Assembly: GCA_033763315.1 (NCBI GenBank) | Contig: JANRKS010000008.1 | Span: forward strand, 96,001 to 160,000 | DNA: 64,000 nt | Direction: 5' to 3' | From: Deltaproteobacteria bacterium | GTDB lineage: Bacteria; Myxococcota_A; Polyangia; Fen-1088 | In this document: piece after piece, positions 8,117-19,135 of the stretch | Position numbering within the stretch: position 1 is the stretch's first letter | How the letters are laid out: the number at the start of each line of letters is the position of its first letter | Notes under the pieces: generated by a model | What the model was told of the DNA's origin: nothing | The model's input: only the letters and a program-made list of their open reading frames with translations | The model's database searches: none | Program-made: the position numbers and the translations under genes

Positions 8117-9909
8117 GCTTGGGGTTGTCTGTCGCCGCGTGGGCGGGTCTATTGTGGCTCGCCTCGCCCACGGCAGCCGCGCCCCCTCCCGATCCGTCGC
8201 CCCTGGTGGCCACCGCGCCCGCCGCTCACAACATCGATTTGGGCCTGGTTCTATCGTTGGGGCAACCGAGCTTGGTGCTGGGCGTGGATCAGGACGTGAT
8301 GGTGCACGTGTCGCTGCCACCGGACGCGCCCGGACAGCTTGGTAACGTTTCGCTGAAAACCAGCGCCGGTGAGATCATTGATCTTGCGCGCGACAGTGAA
8401 CGTTCGATGAGCGCGCGCTGGGTGCTGCCCGCGCGGCGGTTTCCCCAAGGGGCGATCCTCATCGCCAGCACGGATGATGCGAAGCTGGGTGCACTGTGTG
8501 TGCCTTTGCCTGCGGTGGCCGCACCGGCTTTTCACACGGATCCCGGCGCAGAGGTGACGCTCACGGTGGCGGGGCGTGTGTTTGGACCAAAACGCGCCAA
8601 CGCGCAGGGGGAAGTGCGCGTTCCTGTGGTGGTGCCGCCAGGCGCCGCGATCGCGATTGCCACATCCAAGAACGAACACGGCAAAACCGCCGAAGAAACG
8701 ATCGATCTGGGGCACCCACCGTTTTCGCGGGTGATGATCTGGGCGCCGCCCACAGCCGTATCTGGCATGCCCGTGCAAACATGGGTGTTCGGACTTGACC
8801 AGGCCGCGCGGCCCTTGTCTTACGGGACGCTCAGCGTACGGTCGCATGCACGAACCGAAGCAAACACCCTCACTTCAGCGCGATGGGCGCAACCGTTGGA
8901 CGGCGGCGACGGGTGGTCCCGCTTTTTGCTTGCACCACCCGCTTCGCCTCCGAACAGCAAAGTCATCGTGCAGGCGTTCGATGCGCCCGCCGCGCGCGTA
9001 GACAAGGGCCAACCAGAAGAGCAGCCACCACGCAGCCAAACCGAGATCACGGTTTTGGCGGGTCCCGCCGCGCGCTATGTGATGATCCCGAACCGCTCTC
9101 ACATCACGGTGGGCACGGCGCAAACGTTGACAGTTGTGGTGCGGGCCGAAGACGCGTTTGGGAACCCCACCAGCGCGCGCGGTGTCCAGCTCTACATCGA
9201 CGGTGAACGCGCCAACAACGTAACCCCGCTGGATGGCCCTGTGCGCTTGGTTGTGCCGGCGCCACGCAACGCCGTGAGGCCGTCTCGGCTGCGCATCGAG
9301 GCCATTGGCAAAGGTGCCTACGCTTTTCACGAGGTGGTTGTGGATGGCGTGACTGCGCCGGTGACGCCGGTGCGAACACAAGCGCGCGTGCCTCTGCATG
9401 GGGCGGTCTTGCTGCGCTCCGGCGCCGTATGGAGCCGCGAGGCGGGCACGGGGTTCGCTGCGTGGCTCGATGGTGCCTTCGCATTACACCGAATCCGAGG
9501 CTGGCCCCCCACCCTGTTCATCACAGGCACCGTGGGCTACCTCGGTCGATCAAAAATTTTGGCGTCAAACGAAAGCGTGTCGCGGCTGGCACTGCACGCC
9601 GCTCCCGCTCTTGTGGGTGTGGCGTGGCATCTGCAACCTTGGCGGGGCGTAGACGCTTCGTTGGGATTGGCGGCCGGCGGCGCTCGCTTGGCCCTGCAGA
9701 CCGAAACGCTGGGCGCGGTGACCTCGGGGAGCGCTTGGGTGCCCGCGCTTCGCTTATGCAGTGAGTTGGCGATGGGCACACGAGCGTATCAATTGGCCGT
9801 GGGTGTAAGTTACGCTCAGATCCCCGGCACGCAGCTCTCTTCGCGGGACATTGTGCGCGGGAATTTGGGTGGTTTGGAATTGGGAATCGGGGCTCGATAC
9901 CACTGGTAA
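8113..9909 (+). CDS. Secreted protein with Ig-like domains and a probable C-terminal outer-membrane beta-barrel
   Basis: ATGA overlap with the upstream gene and a signal peptide. The last ~180 aa form amphipathic strands ending ELGIGARYHW, a beta-signal-like sequence. Confidence 0.6.
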   Translation: MSLGLSVAAWAGLLWLASPTAAAPPPDPSPLVATAPAAHNIDLGLVLSLGQPSLVLGVDQDVMVHVSLPPDAPGQLGNVSLKTSAGEIIDLARDSERSMSARWVLPARRFPQGAILIASTDDAKLGALCVPLPAVAAPAFHTDPGAEVTLTVAGRVFGPKRANAQGEVRVPVVVPPGAAIAIATSKNEHGKTAEETIDLGHPPFSRVMIWAPPTAVSGMPVQTWVFGLDQAARPLSYGTLSVRSHARTEANTLTSARWAQPLDGGDGWSRFLLAPPASPPNSKVIVQAFDAPAARVDKGQPEEQPPRSQTEITVLAGPAARYVMIPNRSHITVGTAQTLTVVVRAEDAFGNPTSARGVQLYIDGERANNVTPLDGPVRLVVPAPRNAVRPSRLRIEAIGKGAYAFHEVVVDGVTAPVTPVRTQARVPLHGAVLLRSGAVWSREAGTGFAAWLDGAFALHRIRGWPPTLFITGTVGYLGRSKILASNESVSRLALHAAPALVGVAWHLQPWRGVDASLGLAAGGARLALQTETLGAVTSGSAWVPALRLCSELAMGTRAYQLAVGVSYAQIPGTQLSSRDIVRGNLGGLELGIGARYHW

Positions 9910-9946
9910 TTTGGCCGCAGAAACGTGCGACAATCATCAAAACGCC

Positions 9947-10780
9947 ATGGAAGACATCGCCGGCCCCTGGGACAGCTTCACCGCTCATCTTCCCATCACC
10001 CCCAACACGCCAGTGGTTGTGTCGGTGCCTCACGCCGGCACCAGCACGCGGGGGTTTGAGGATGCCTTGGCAAGCAACTTGGACGTGCGTTGCGATGCCG
10101 ATCTGTGGGTCGATGAACTCTATGAAGGATCGCCCGCCGGTGCGTTCATAAAAGCGAATTTGTCGCGCTTCGTTTGCGATCTCAACCGCCACCCTGACGA
10201 CGTATCGGCCCACGCCGTGCCAGAGCACCCTGCCCCTCGCAATAGCCATGGCCGCGGCTTTATTTGGGAGATCACAACGGAAGGCAAGGCCGCCATGGCG
10301 CGCCCCTTGAGCTTGCAAGAGTGGAAGCGGCGCCAGGAAATCCACGCCGCTTACTACGGTGCCTTGGCCACCGCGTTGGACAGAGCGCGATCTAAGTTTG
10401 GTTTTGCGGTGTTGGTGGATGGCCATTCGATGCCCTCTCGGGGCAAAGCGGCCCACACCGACCCTGGCACCGAGCGCGCCGCAATCGTTCCTGGAGATAG
10501 ACAGGGCAAAACCTGCGCGGCCGCCTTGTCCCGCTTGGTGCAAGATCACTTCTTGCAAAGCGGTTATGGCGTAAAATTCAACGATCCGTATCAAGGCGGT
10601 TTTATCACCACGCACCATGGCCATCCCCACGAGCAGGTGCACGCGATTCAGATCGAGATGCGACGGGATCTTTATATGAACGAGCTCACGTTCGAGAAGC
10701 AGGCCGCGGGTTTCGATCGATTGCGCTTTTCCCTAGAGGCGTTGCTACGCACGCTAGACCAGTTTGATCCACGCAGCTAA
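9947..10780 (+). CDS. N-formylglutamate amidohydrolase family protein
   Basis: Motifs VVSVPHAG, DLWVDELY, SRFVCDLNR, VDGHSMPS, NDPYQGGFIT and AIQIEMRRDLY. Confidence 0.9.
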   Translation: MEDIAGPWDSFTAHLPITPNTPVVVSVPHAGTSTRGFEDALASNLDVRCDADLWVDELYEGSPAGAFIKANLSRFVCDLNRHPDDVSAHAVPEHPAPRNSHGRGFIWEITTEGKAAMARPLSLQEWKRRQEIHAAYYGALATALDRARSKFGFAVLVDGHSMPSRGKAAHTDPGTERAAIVPGDRQGKTCAAALSRLVQDHFLQSGYGVKFNDPYQGGFITTHHGHPHEQVHAIQIEMRRDLYMNELTFEKQAAGFDRLRFSLEALLRTLDQFDPRS

Positions 10781-10795
10781 GCGAGCGACTGACAA

Positions 10796-12043
10796 ATGAA
10801 CAAGCCCCAGCAACCGCCACGCGAGCAAGAAGTCAGCTCTCCCCAAAGGGTGGAAAGGCTTGAACGCGCGCTCTACGAAAGCGAAGCGCGTTACAGGATG
10901 ATCGTTGAGGCGTCCGTCGAAGGCGTTTGGACGGTCGATGCGGAGGGCGTCACAACGTTCGTAAACCAGAGCATGGCCGACATGCTTGGCTACGAACGAC
11001 ACGAGATGTTGGGCAAGGGGATGTTCGCGTTCATGGACGAAGTGGCCCAGGCCGAAGCCCAACTAAGAATGGCGCGGCGGCGGCAAGGCGAACGCGAACG
11101 ACACACGTTTCGCTTGCGCCACAAGAACGGCCGCGATGTGTATACGGTCATGGCGAGCACGCCCTTGCATGATGCACAGGGGACGTTCATCGGCGCCCTG
11201 GCGATGGTCACTGATGAAACATCGCGGCGCAGGGACGCCGATGAACAAGAACAACGTGAACTTGAACTTGTGCGTTTGGACAAGCTCATGTCATTGACCG
11301 CTTTGGTGGGCGGCGTGATACACGAGATCAACAACCCGAACCACTTCATCACGTTAAATGTGCCGCTGCTGCGCCGGGCTTTCACGGACGCGGTGTCGAT
11401 GCTGGACGAGCGTTATCAAGACCACCCGCACATGACGCTTTCTGGCCTGCCCTACCTGGAAATGCGGCATGAACTGCCGCGAATGTTGGATCAGATCCTC
11501 ACAGGCGCCGACCGCATTCGCCACATCGTGGGTGAATTGCGCGCTTACGTGAACAACGACATGCCCGGGCCCTTGCGGCCTGTAAACATTAACGATGTGG
11601 TGGCATCGGCCATGACTTTGCTTGAGGGGCGCGTTCGTCGCGGCACCGATCGCTTTTCGCAGCAGCTGGGCCAAGGCTTGCCGCTGATCTTGGCCGACAG
11701 CCGCCGCCTTGTTCAGGTGGTGGTGAATCTGGTGCTCAACGCCTTGGAGGCCATCACCGACCGCACCCAGAGCGTGAAAGTGCAAACCGCCACCACAGCC
11801 GATCGCAAGCAGGTGTTGCTGATCGTGAGCGACGCGGGACCTGGCATGACCGAGGACGTCCTCGCCAAAGCGAAAGCGCCGTTTTTTTCCACCAAACGCA
11901 CCACGGGCGGTGCGGGTTTGGGGCTGCCAGTGGCAGAACGCATTTTGGCCGAGGCCCGCGGGCGCCTTGAGCTTGTGTCGCAGCCTGGCCAAGGAACGTT
12001 GGCGAAGGTGATGTTGCCCGCGCTCGAAGTTCAAACGCCTTGA
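10796..12043 (+). CDS. Cytoplasmic PAS-domain histidine kinase
   Basis: PAS domain (FVNQSMADMLGY), H-box IHEINNP, NLVLNA, DAGPGM, PFFSTK and GAGLGL. No TM segment. Confidence 0.9.
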   Translation: MNKPQQPPREQEVSSPQRVERLERALYESEARYRMIVEASVEGVWTVDAEGVTTFVNQSMADMLGYERHEMLGKGMFAFMDEVAQAEAQLRMARRRQGERERHTFRLRHKNGRDVYTVMASTPLHDAQGTFIGALAMVTDETSRRRDADEQEQRELELVRLDKLMSLTALVGGVIHEINNPNHFITLNVPLLRRAFTDAVSMLDERYQDHPHMTLSGLPYLEMRHELPRMLDQILTGADRIRHIVGELRAYVNNDMPGPLRPVNINDVVASAMTLLEGRVRRGTDRFSQQLGQGLPLILADSRRLVQVVVNLVLNALEAITDRTQSVKVQTATTADRKQVLLIVSDAGPGMTEDVLAKAKAPFFSTKRTTGGAGLGLPVAERILAEARGRLELVSQPGQGTLAKVMLPALEVQTP

Positions 12044-13524
12044 TAGCGCAGCGCCAAGATGGTGATGTCATCGTCTTGCACGGGCGCCCATTCGATGCAC
12101 GCCTGCACAACTTTTTGCACCACCACATCTGGCGCTTCGTTGCCGTTGGCCTCCACCATCTCAATGACGCGGTCGAGCCCGAATTGTTTACCTTCGGCTG
12201 TTTGAGCCTCGATGAGCCCATCGGTGTAGAGCACCATGAGATCACCACGTTCCAGCTTTAAGGTGGAATCGATGATGGCGCGGCTCACGTTGGCCACAGC
12301 GCCCATCCATGTGCCCGGTGTGGGAATGACTTCGCACTTCTTATCGCGGGCACGCCAAACCAGAATCTCCTCGTGCGCGCCTGCAAACACGATGTTGCCG
12401 TCAGACTCGTAACGCATAAGCGTGAAGGTGACGTGTTCGTCGCTGCCCAAGCGCTCGCGGATGTTGTCAAACAACACGCGGTTAAGAATCTCGATGGCTT
12501 CTTTGGGGCTCATGCGCGCGCGTTGGCGAGTTAAAGCAGCCACCACGCTTTGCACCATCAACATGATCAGACCGGCTTTGAGACCGTGGCCCGCCACGTC
12601 GCCCACGCCAATCCAGGCGCCCCCCTGCGTGGGCACCACATCGTAATAATCACCACCCACTTCCTCGGCAGGCACCATAGCGGCCGAGATCTGCATGCCA
12701 TCCACCGACAACCGCTGCGGCAAAATGGACGTTTGGATGCGCTTGGCGATCTCCAACTCGCGCGCCGTGCGCAAAGCGCGGTGGGTGAGGCTGATGATCG
12801 GGCCCAAGTAGAAATTCACGAAGAAGAGGCTCAACAGCAACGCGGCCACGCAGCCAAGGCCGGCGGCGCCCAATATGTTGTTGCGCAGGTTTTCACCCGC
12901 CACCAACTTCGCGGTGGAGATGACAAGCGCCAGATTGCCCACCACGCGGCCTTCGATCTGCGACTGCGCCCACGACACCAGGTAACCGTCGCCTTGCCGG
13001 ATGTCCCCCGCGGCGCCCGCAAACAACATGGGCACAGGCTCGGGCGCTTTGCCGTGCACCGACAGCACTTTGTTGTCCGCATCGGTCACCACGATGGCAA
13101 CCACGTCGGGCCCCTGAATGTACGGAGCGCACGCCGTTTTGATCAGGGCCTCATCGGCCACAACCACGGCGAAGTCGACGGCTTGTGCCAGCTCCTTTGC
13201 ACCGCGGCGGGTCTTCCACTCAAGCTCGGCGCGCATTGATGGCGTCAGCTCCGCGAAGATGCGCGACACCAGCAAAAAGATGAGCCCCGACAGTGCCACC
13301 AAAAGCACCGTAATGAACAGCGTCAGCGTGACCTTTAAGCGCAGGCCCGATAGGAGCCGTAACGTCTTGGGATCCTTGCCGTGAGGCGCGGCGGCATTCG
13401 GCGCTGAAGGAGTGCTGGCAGGCACAGGCGAGCCGAATCTGACGGCTGGCATGTCCGTGGTCATAAAGCCCGGACGAGGCGCCGCCCCCTGCTTGGTCCC
13501 ATTCACGTTCGGTTCCCCTGCCAA
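12031..13524 (-). CDS. Membrane-bound PP2C/SpoIIE-family phosphatase (RsbU/SiaA-like)
   Basis: Two TMs flank a periplasmic domain. Motifs AKRIQ, VGGDYYD, GDVAGHG, YTDGLIEA and QDDDITIL. TTG start with a GAGGA RBS. Confidence 0.9.
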   Translation of the reverse strand: MAGEPNVNGTKQGAAPRPGFMTTDMPAVRFGSPVPASTPSAPNAAAPHGKDPKTLRLLSGLRLKVTLTLFITVLLVALSGLIFLLVSRIFAELTPSMRAELEWKTRRGAKELAQAVDFAVVVADEALIKTACAPYIQGPDVVAIVVTDADNKVLSVHGKAPEPVPMLFAGAAGDIRQGDGYLVSWAQSQIEGRVVGNLALVISTAKLVAGENLRNNILGAAGLGCVAALLLSLFFVNFYLGPIISLTHRALRTARELEIAKRIQTSILPQRLSVDGMQISAAMVPAEEVGGDYYDVVPTQGGAWIGVGDVAGHGLKAGLIMLMVQSVVAALTRQRARMSPKEAIEILNRVLFDNIRERLGSDEHVTFTLMRYESDGNIVFAGAHEEILVWRARDKKCEVIPTPGTWMGAVANVSRAIIDSTLKLERGDLMVLYTDGLIEAQTAEGKQFGLDRVIEMVEANGNEAPDVVVQKVVQACIEWAPVQDDDITILALRYQGV

Positions 13525-13667
13525 GTGTCCTCACGAAAGGCTTCGGCGTTTGCGCGGCGAGCTTGAGCCATCTTAACGAATGACGAAACAAACACAATGC
13601 GTCAAATAACTATTCGCAACACGGGATGAAAGTTTTCGACGCGGCCGCCGATGCTTGAATCCTGAAC

Positions 13668-14159
13668 ATGGCGGAAGAGGGACTAAGCCTCGAGCTGACG
13701 CTAGACACGGATCCTAGGATCGTGTCGATCACGCGAAGGTTCGTGGAGCAGGCGATGGAAAAGCTGGTGGACGACGCCGACGCCGTCTTCCGCGTGGCCA
13801 TGGCTGCGCACGAGCTGCTGGAAAACGCCGCCAAGTACGCCGAAAATCGCCAAGCCTCATTGGCGTTGCGGCTTGAACCGAACCTCACCGGCGGCCGCCA
13901 AGCTGTCTTGACAATGATGAACCAAACGAGCGCCGCTCACATCGAGCGTCTTCGCCAGAACTTCGCCGAGATGAACACGCGCGATGACCCCTACGATTAC
14001 TACTTTGAGCTCATGCGCCGCAATCCGGGCGACACTTCGAGCTCAGGGTTGGGCTTGGCGCGCATCCGCGCGGAGGGTGAAATGAAGTTGGCATTCGATA
14101 CCGTCGGGACGCAGGTCTTCATACGAGCAACGGCGGACATTCCCGAAAGGAGGGCATGA
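13668..14159 (+). CDS. Anti-sigma-factor-type GHKL Ser/Thr kinase (RsbW/SiaB-like)
   Basis: N-box AAHELLENAAKYA and G2 box SSGLGLARI. 163 aa with no HisKA domain. Confidence 0.75.
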   Translation: MAEEGLSLELTLDTDPRIVSITRRFVEQAMEKLVDDADAVFRVAMAAHELLENAAKYAENRQASLALRLEPNLTGGRQAVLTMMNQTSAAHIERLRQNFAEMNTRDDPYDYYFELMRRNPGDTSSSGLGLARIRAEGEMKLAFDTVGTQVFIRATADIPERRA

Positions 14160-14539
14160 TGGGCCAAGCCGAGATTCCAGCCATCCGGGAGAATGACTTC
14201 TCCGCCAGCGCACGCGTCGACGGGGGCAAGGTGCAAACCACCCTCACGGGCAACGCCGACCTCAATGTGAAGTCGCAGCTCGATGGCTTCTTGCTTTCGT
14301 TGCACCAGCACGCGCTCACCGACTCAGTCAGCGAGGTTGTGGTGGATGTGCGCAACCTTGAGTTCATCAACTCGTCCTGCCTCAAAGCGTTTGTGACTTG
14401 GATCAGTTCAGTACAAGCGCAGCCCTCTGACGATCAATACCGCATCGTTTTTCTTTCAAGCCCCCGCCTCCATTGGCAGCGCCGCAGCTTGCACGCGCTG
14501 TCGTGTTTCGCAAACGACCTTGTCAGCATTCAGACGTGA
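14156..14539 (+). CDS. STAS-domain anti-anti-sigma-type protein (RsbV/SiaC-like)
   Basis: VVVDVRNLEFINSSCLKAFV contains the conserved phospho-acceptor Ser. ATGA overlap with the kinase gene. Confidence 0.78.
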   Translation: MMGQAEIPAIRENDFSASARVDGGKVQTTLTGNADLNVKSQLDGFLLSLHQHALTDSVSEVVVDVRNLEFINSSCLKAFVTWISSVQAQPSDDQYRIVFLSSPRLHWQRRSLHALSCFANDLVSIQT

Positions 14540-15456
14540 AAGCCGAAGCCAAAGACATCGCCCCTCTAGAGTTCGAACGCTCTAGCTCACCCGCGTGGCG
14601 TGCCGCCCTGCCGTTTTTGGACATGGTGGCAAACAGCCTGGAATCGGGGGTGTTGGTCATTGATGCGTCCCGCAAGATTGTTTTGTGCAGTGGGCCCATG
14701 GCAGCCACGTTCGGCTTGCCGGTGGAAGACGTGTTGGCCATGACACCTGAGGCTTTGATGGATTTCGTCACGGGTTTGGTGGACGATCCGCCGCCGGTGA
14801 TTCGGGACGGGCGCCTGCTGCCGTTCGAAAGCCGCATCACGTGCGAAGAGTTTGAGTTGTCGCGCCCCAATCGATCAGTGGTGCGTTGGGTGGCACGGCG
14901 GGTTTCCGAACCCGAAGAGTCCATCATAGTCGTCTGCACGGACATTACCGCCGAAGTGGATTTGGTGGCTGCATACGAGCGCCTGTCGATGACGGACCGG
15001 CTCACGGGCCTGTCGAACCGCCGCGGCGCTGAACAGTTTGTGCGCCGCGAGTCGTCCAAGTTTAAGCGCTATGGCGGCAACATGAGCGTGGTGATCATGG
15101 ACGTGGATCACTTCAAAGCTGTCAACGATACCTATGGTCACAACGTGGGCGATCAAGTGCTGCGCGCCGTTGGCGCCACCATTGCCGATGTGATTCGTGT
15201 GTGCGACTTTGCGGCCCGTTGGGGCGGCGAAGAGTTTTTGGTCGTGCTACCCAACACCAACCTCGAAGGCGGGAGGCTGTGTGCCGAGCGTTTGCGGCAG
15301 GCCGTTGAACACATCGTGTTCCCCGGCGGCTTGGCCGTGACCATATCGGCCGGTGTGGCGGAGATGGGGCGTTCCGAAGATCCGATGGTCCTGATTGGCC
15401 GCGCTGACGAATTGCTTTACAAGGCCAAACACGAAGGCCGCAATTGCGTGCGGTGA
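14536..15456 (+). CDS. PAS-GGDEF diguanylate cyclase
   Basis: The GTG overlaps the STAS stop. Motifs TDRLTGLSNRR, DVDHFKAVNDTYGH, I-site RVCD and active site GGEEF. Confidence 0.92.
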   Translation: MKAEAKDIAPLEFERSSSPAWRAALPFLDMVANSLESGVLVIDASRKIVLCSGPMAATFGLPVEDVLAMTPEALMDFVTGLVDDPPPVIRDGRLLPFESRITCEEFELSRPNRSVVRWVARRVSEPEESIIVVCTDITAEVDLVAAYERLSMTDRLTGLSNRRGAEQFVRRESSKFKRYGGNMSVVIMDVDHFKAVNDTYGHNVGDQVLRAVGATIADVIRVCDFAARWGGEEFLVVLPNTNLEGGRLCAERLRQAVEHIVFPGGLAVTISAGVAEMGRSEDPMVLIGRADELLYKAKHEGRNCVR

Positions 15457-15478
15457 GGCGCCTGGCCTATCCTCGCTC

Positions 15479-16261
15479 TTACGCTTCCCTTTTTTCCGCC
15501 GCGGACCGCTGCCGCGCCGCCTCGTAAAGCAGGATCGCCGCTGCCGCCGAAGCGTTGAGCGACGCGATCTTTCCAGCCATGGGGATGCGCAACACGCCGT
15601 CGCAACGCCGCGCCACGGCTTCGCGCAGGCCGCGGCCTTCTGAGCCAATAACGAAGGCGGTTGGCACCGTGAGATCGGCCTCCCACACATCGGTGCCTTC
15701 GTCGACGCCCGTGCCCCACACTTTCACGCCGCTTTCGCGCAGCTTATCGATGCTGCCCAAGAAGTTGTGAACGCGCGCTATGCTGACGCGCTCGGTGGCG
15801 CCGGCCGACGCCTTGATCGCGCCCGCCGTGATCGGCGCGGCCTTGTGATCCGGAATCGCCACGCCGTGCGCACCAAACACTTCCGCGCTGCGCACGATGG
15901 CACCCACGTTCTGTGGATCCGTTAAGCCATCCAGCATCACCAGCAAAGCAGGTTGGTTGGCCGCAGCCGCTGCTTCCAGCATCGTAGGCACATGCACGTA
16001 TTTGTACGCGCCGGCGATGGCCACGATGCCTTGGTGTCCGCTGCTGCCAGCAAGATCGGCCACCAATTGGCGCGGGCGCCATTCCACAGCGATGCCACGA
16101 TCTTTGGCCACGGTAAGCACCGCTTGCACTTCAGGCGAGCGTTGACCTTCAGCCACATAAACCACCGACACGTCGCGAGGGCGCGCGCGGCACAACTCTT
16201 CTACAGGGCGCAGGCCAAAAACCACACGGCCATCATCCACGCCACCTTCAACGTCGTTCAC
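15479..16261 (-). CDS. rlmB: 23S rRNA (Gm2251)-methyltransferase
   Basis: Motifs HQGIVA, DPQNVGAIVRSAEVFG, KASAGA, GSEGRGLR and SLNASAA. Confidence 0.92.
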   Translation of the reverse strand: MNDVEGGVDDGRVVFGLRPVEELCRARPRDVSVVYVAEGQRSPEVQAVLTVAKDRGIAVEWRPRQLVADLAGSSGHQGIVAIAGAYKYVHVPTMLEAAAAANQPALLVMLDGLTDPQNVGAIVRSAEVFGAHGVAIPDHKAAPITAGAIKASAGATERVSIARVHNFLGSIDKLRESGVKVWGTGVDEGTDVWEADLTVPTAFVIGSEGRGLREAVARRCDGVLRIPMAGKIASLNASAAAAILLYEAARQRSAAEKREA

Positions 16262-16976
16262 TTTGTTGCTCCTAAGGCGCCATCAATCTCAGCGGCCAAG
16301 GCAGCAAACGCTGCGGCCGGTTGGGCAGCGTCGCGCAGGGGGCGCCCCACCACCAAATAATCAGCACCCGCCGCGATGGCTTCGGCTGGCGTGCCCACAC
16401 GTTTCTGATCGCCCAAGGCGGCCCCCGCGGGGCGAATGCCTGGAACCACTAGCAGCAAATCGTTGTCAAAACCGCGCACGGTGGCCACCTCTTGCGGTGA
16501 ACACACCAAGCCTGCGCCGCCCGCCTCGCGCAACACGCGCGCCCGACGAGCCACCACGTCCGCAACAGATCCCGTCAAACCATCGGCTTGCAGATCGGAT
16601 TGTTGCAAGCTTGTAAGCACGGTAACGCCCAAGATCTTCATCTGGCCTTCCGTGGCTTCAACGGCACGCTTGATCATCTCGTGGCCGCCGCTGGCATGAA
16701 CCGTCAGCAACTCAACGCCGAGGCGACGCACAGACGCCACCGCGCGAGCCACCGTTTCAGAGATGTCGTGTAGCTTCAGATCTAAGAAAACGCGGCCGTT
16801 GCGGCGCTTTACAGCTTCAATGGCCCTCGCACCTTCGGCCAAGAACAGCTCAAGCCCCACTTTGTACCACCGTGGCTGTGCTTCCAAGCGATCGAGAAAC
16901 GTTTCAAGCTGTGCAAGATCGGGCACGTCCAGCGCCACGATCACGCGCTCGCGGCCGGGCGCCGATAATCGTGCGT

Positions 16977-16980
<4 letters not shown>
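16258..16980 (-). CDS. pyrF: Orotidine-5'-phosphate decarboxylase
   Basis: Motifs IVALD, YKVGLEL, FLDLKLHDI, VPGIRP, GDQKRV and ADYLVVGRP. Confidence 0.96.
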
Positions 16981-18698
<1,718 letters not shown>

Positions 18699-18893
18699 GG
18701 GGCCGGGTCATATCACGGCCGCAGGCGCTTGGGGCGGCCATGCCGGGCCTTATCCCTGGCAAAGTTTGCAAAAGCGCAACCAAGACGTCATCCATCCGAA
18801 ACAGCCCTTGCCGCATACTCAGAAGGCATAGGGGCTGGTCGATAACCAGGCCCCGTGCAGGAAACAACGAAATTAGAGACGGAGGGAGGGGCT

Positions 18894-19082
18894 ATGAATT
18901 TGCGACACATTCGTCCGGGAACGCCTGACTGGCAAGACGCGGTTGAGGAAGGTTTGCGGGGCAGCGAGCGGCTGAACCCGGAGGAGCTTTACAAACTGCG
19001 TCAGATTTTGGCGATGGAGCAAACGCTGATGGGCATGCCGTCGCCTTGGCTGGGCAAAGCCGCCCGCGTGCGTTCCTCGTAG
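18894..19082 (+). CDS. Small hypothetical protein (62 aa)
   Basis: Strong GGAGGGAGG RBS before ATG 18894. The ORF fills the gap divergent from proS. Confidence 0.5.
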   Translation: MNLRHIRPGTPDWQDAVEEGLRGSERLNPEELYKLRQILAMEQTLMGMPSPWLGKAARVRSS

Positions 19083-19135
19083 GCGCAACGCTCGTTCGGC
19101 TGCGTCAAGGGCGCGGGCTTGGTAAGAAGCCGGCC

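Noticed and set aside
13581-13604. TGACG-N14-CGTCA inverted repeat in the divergent promoter region
   Set aside because: The arms are only 5 bp and there is no second copy, so it cannot be distinguished from chance.
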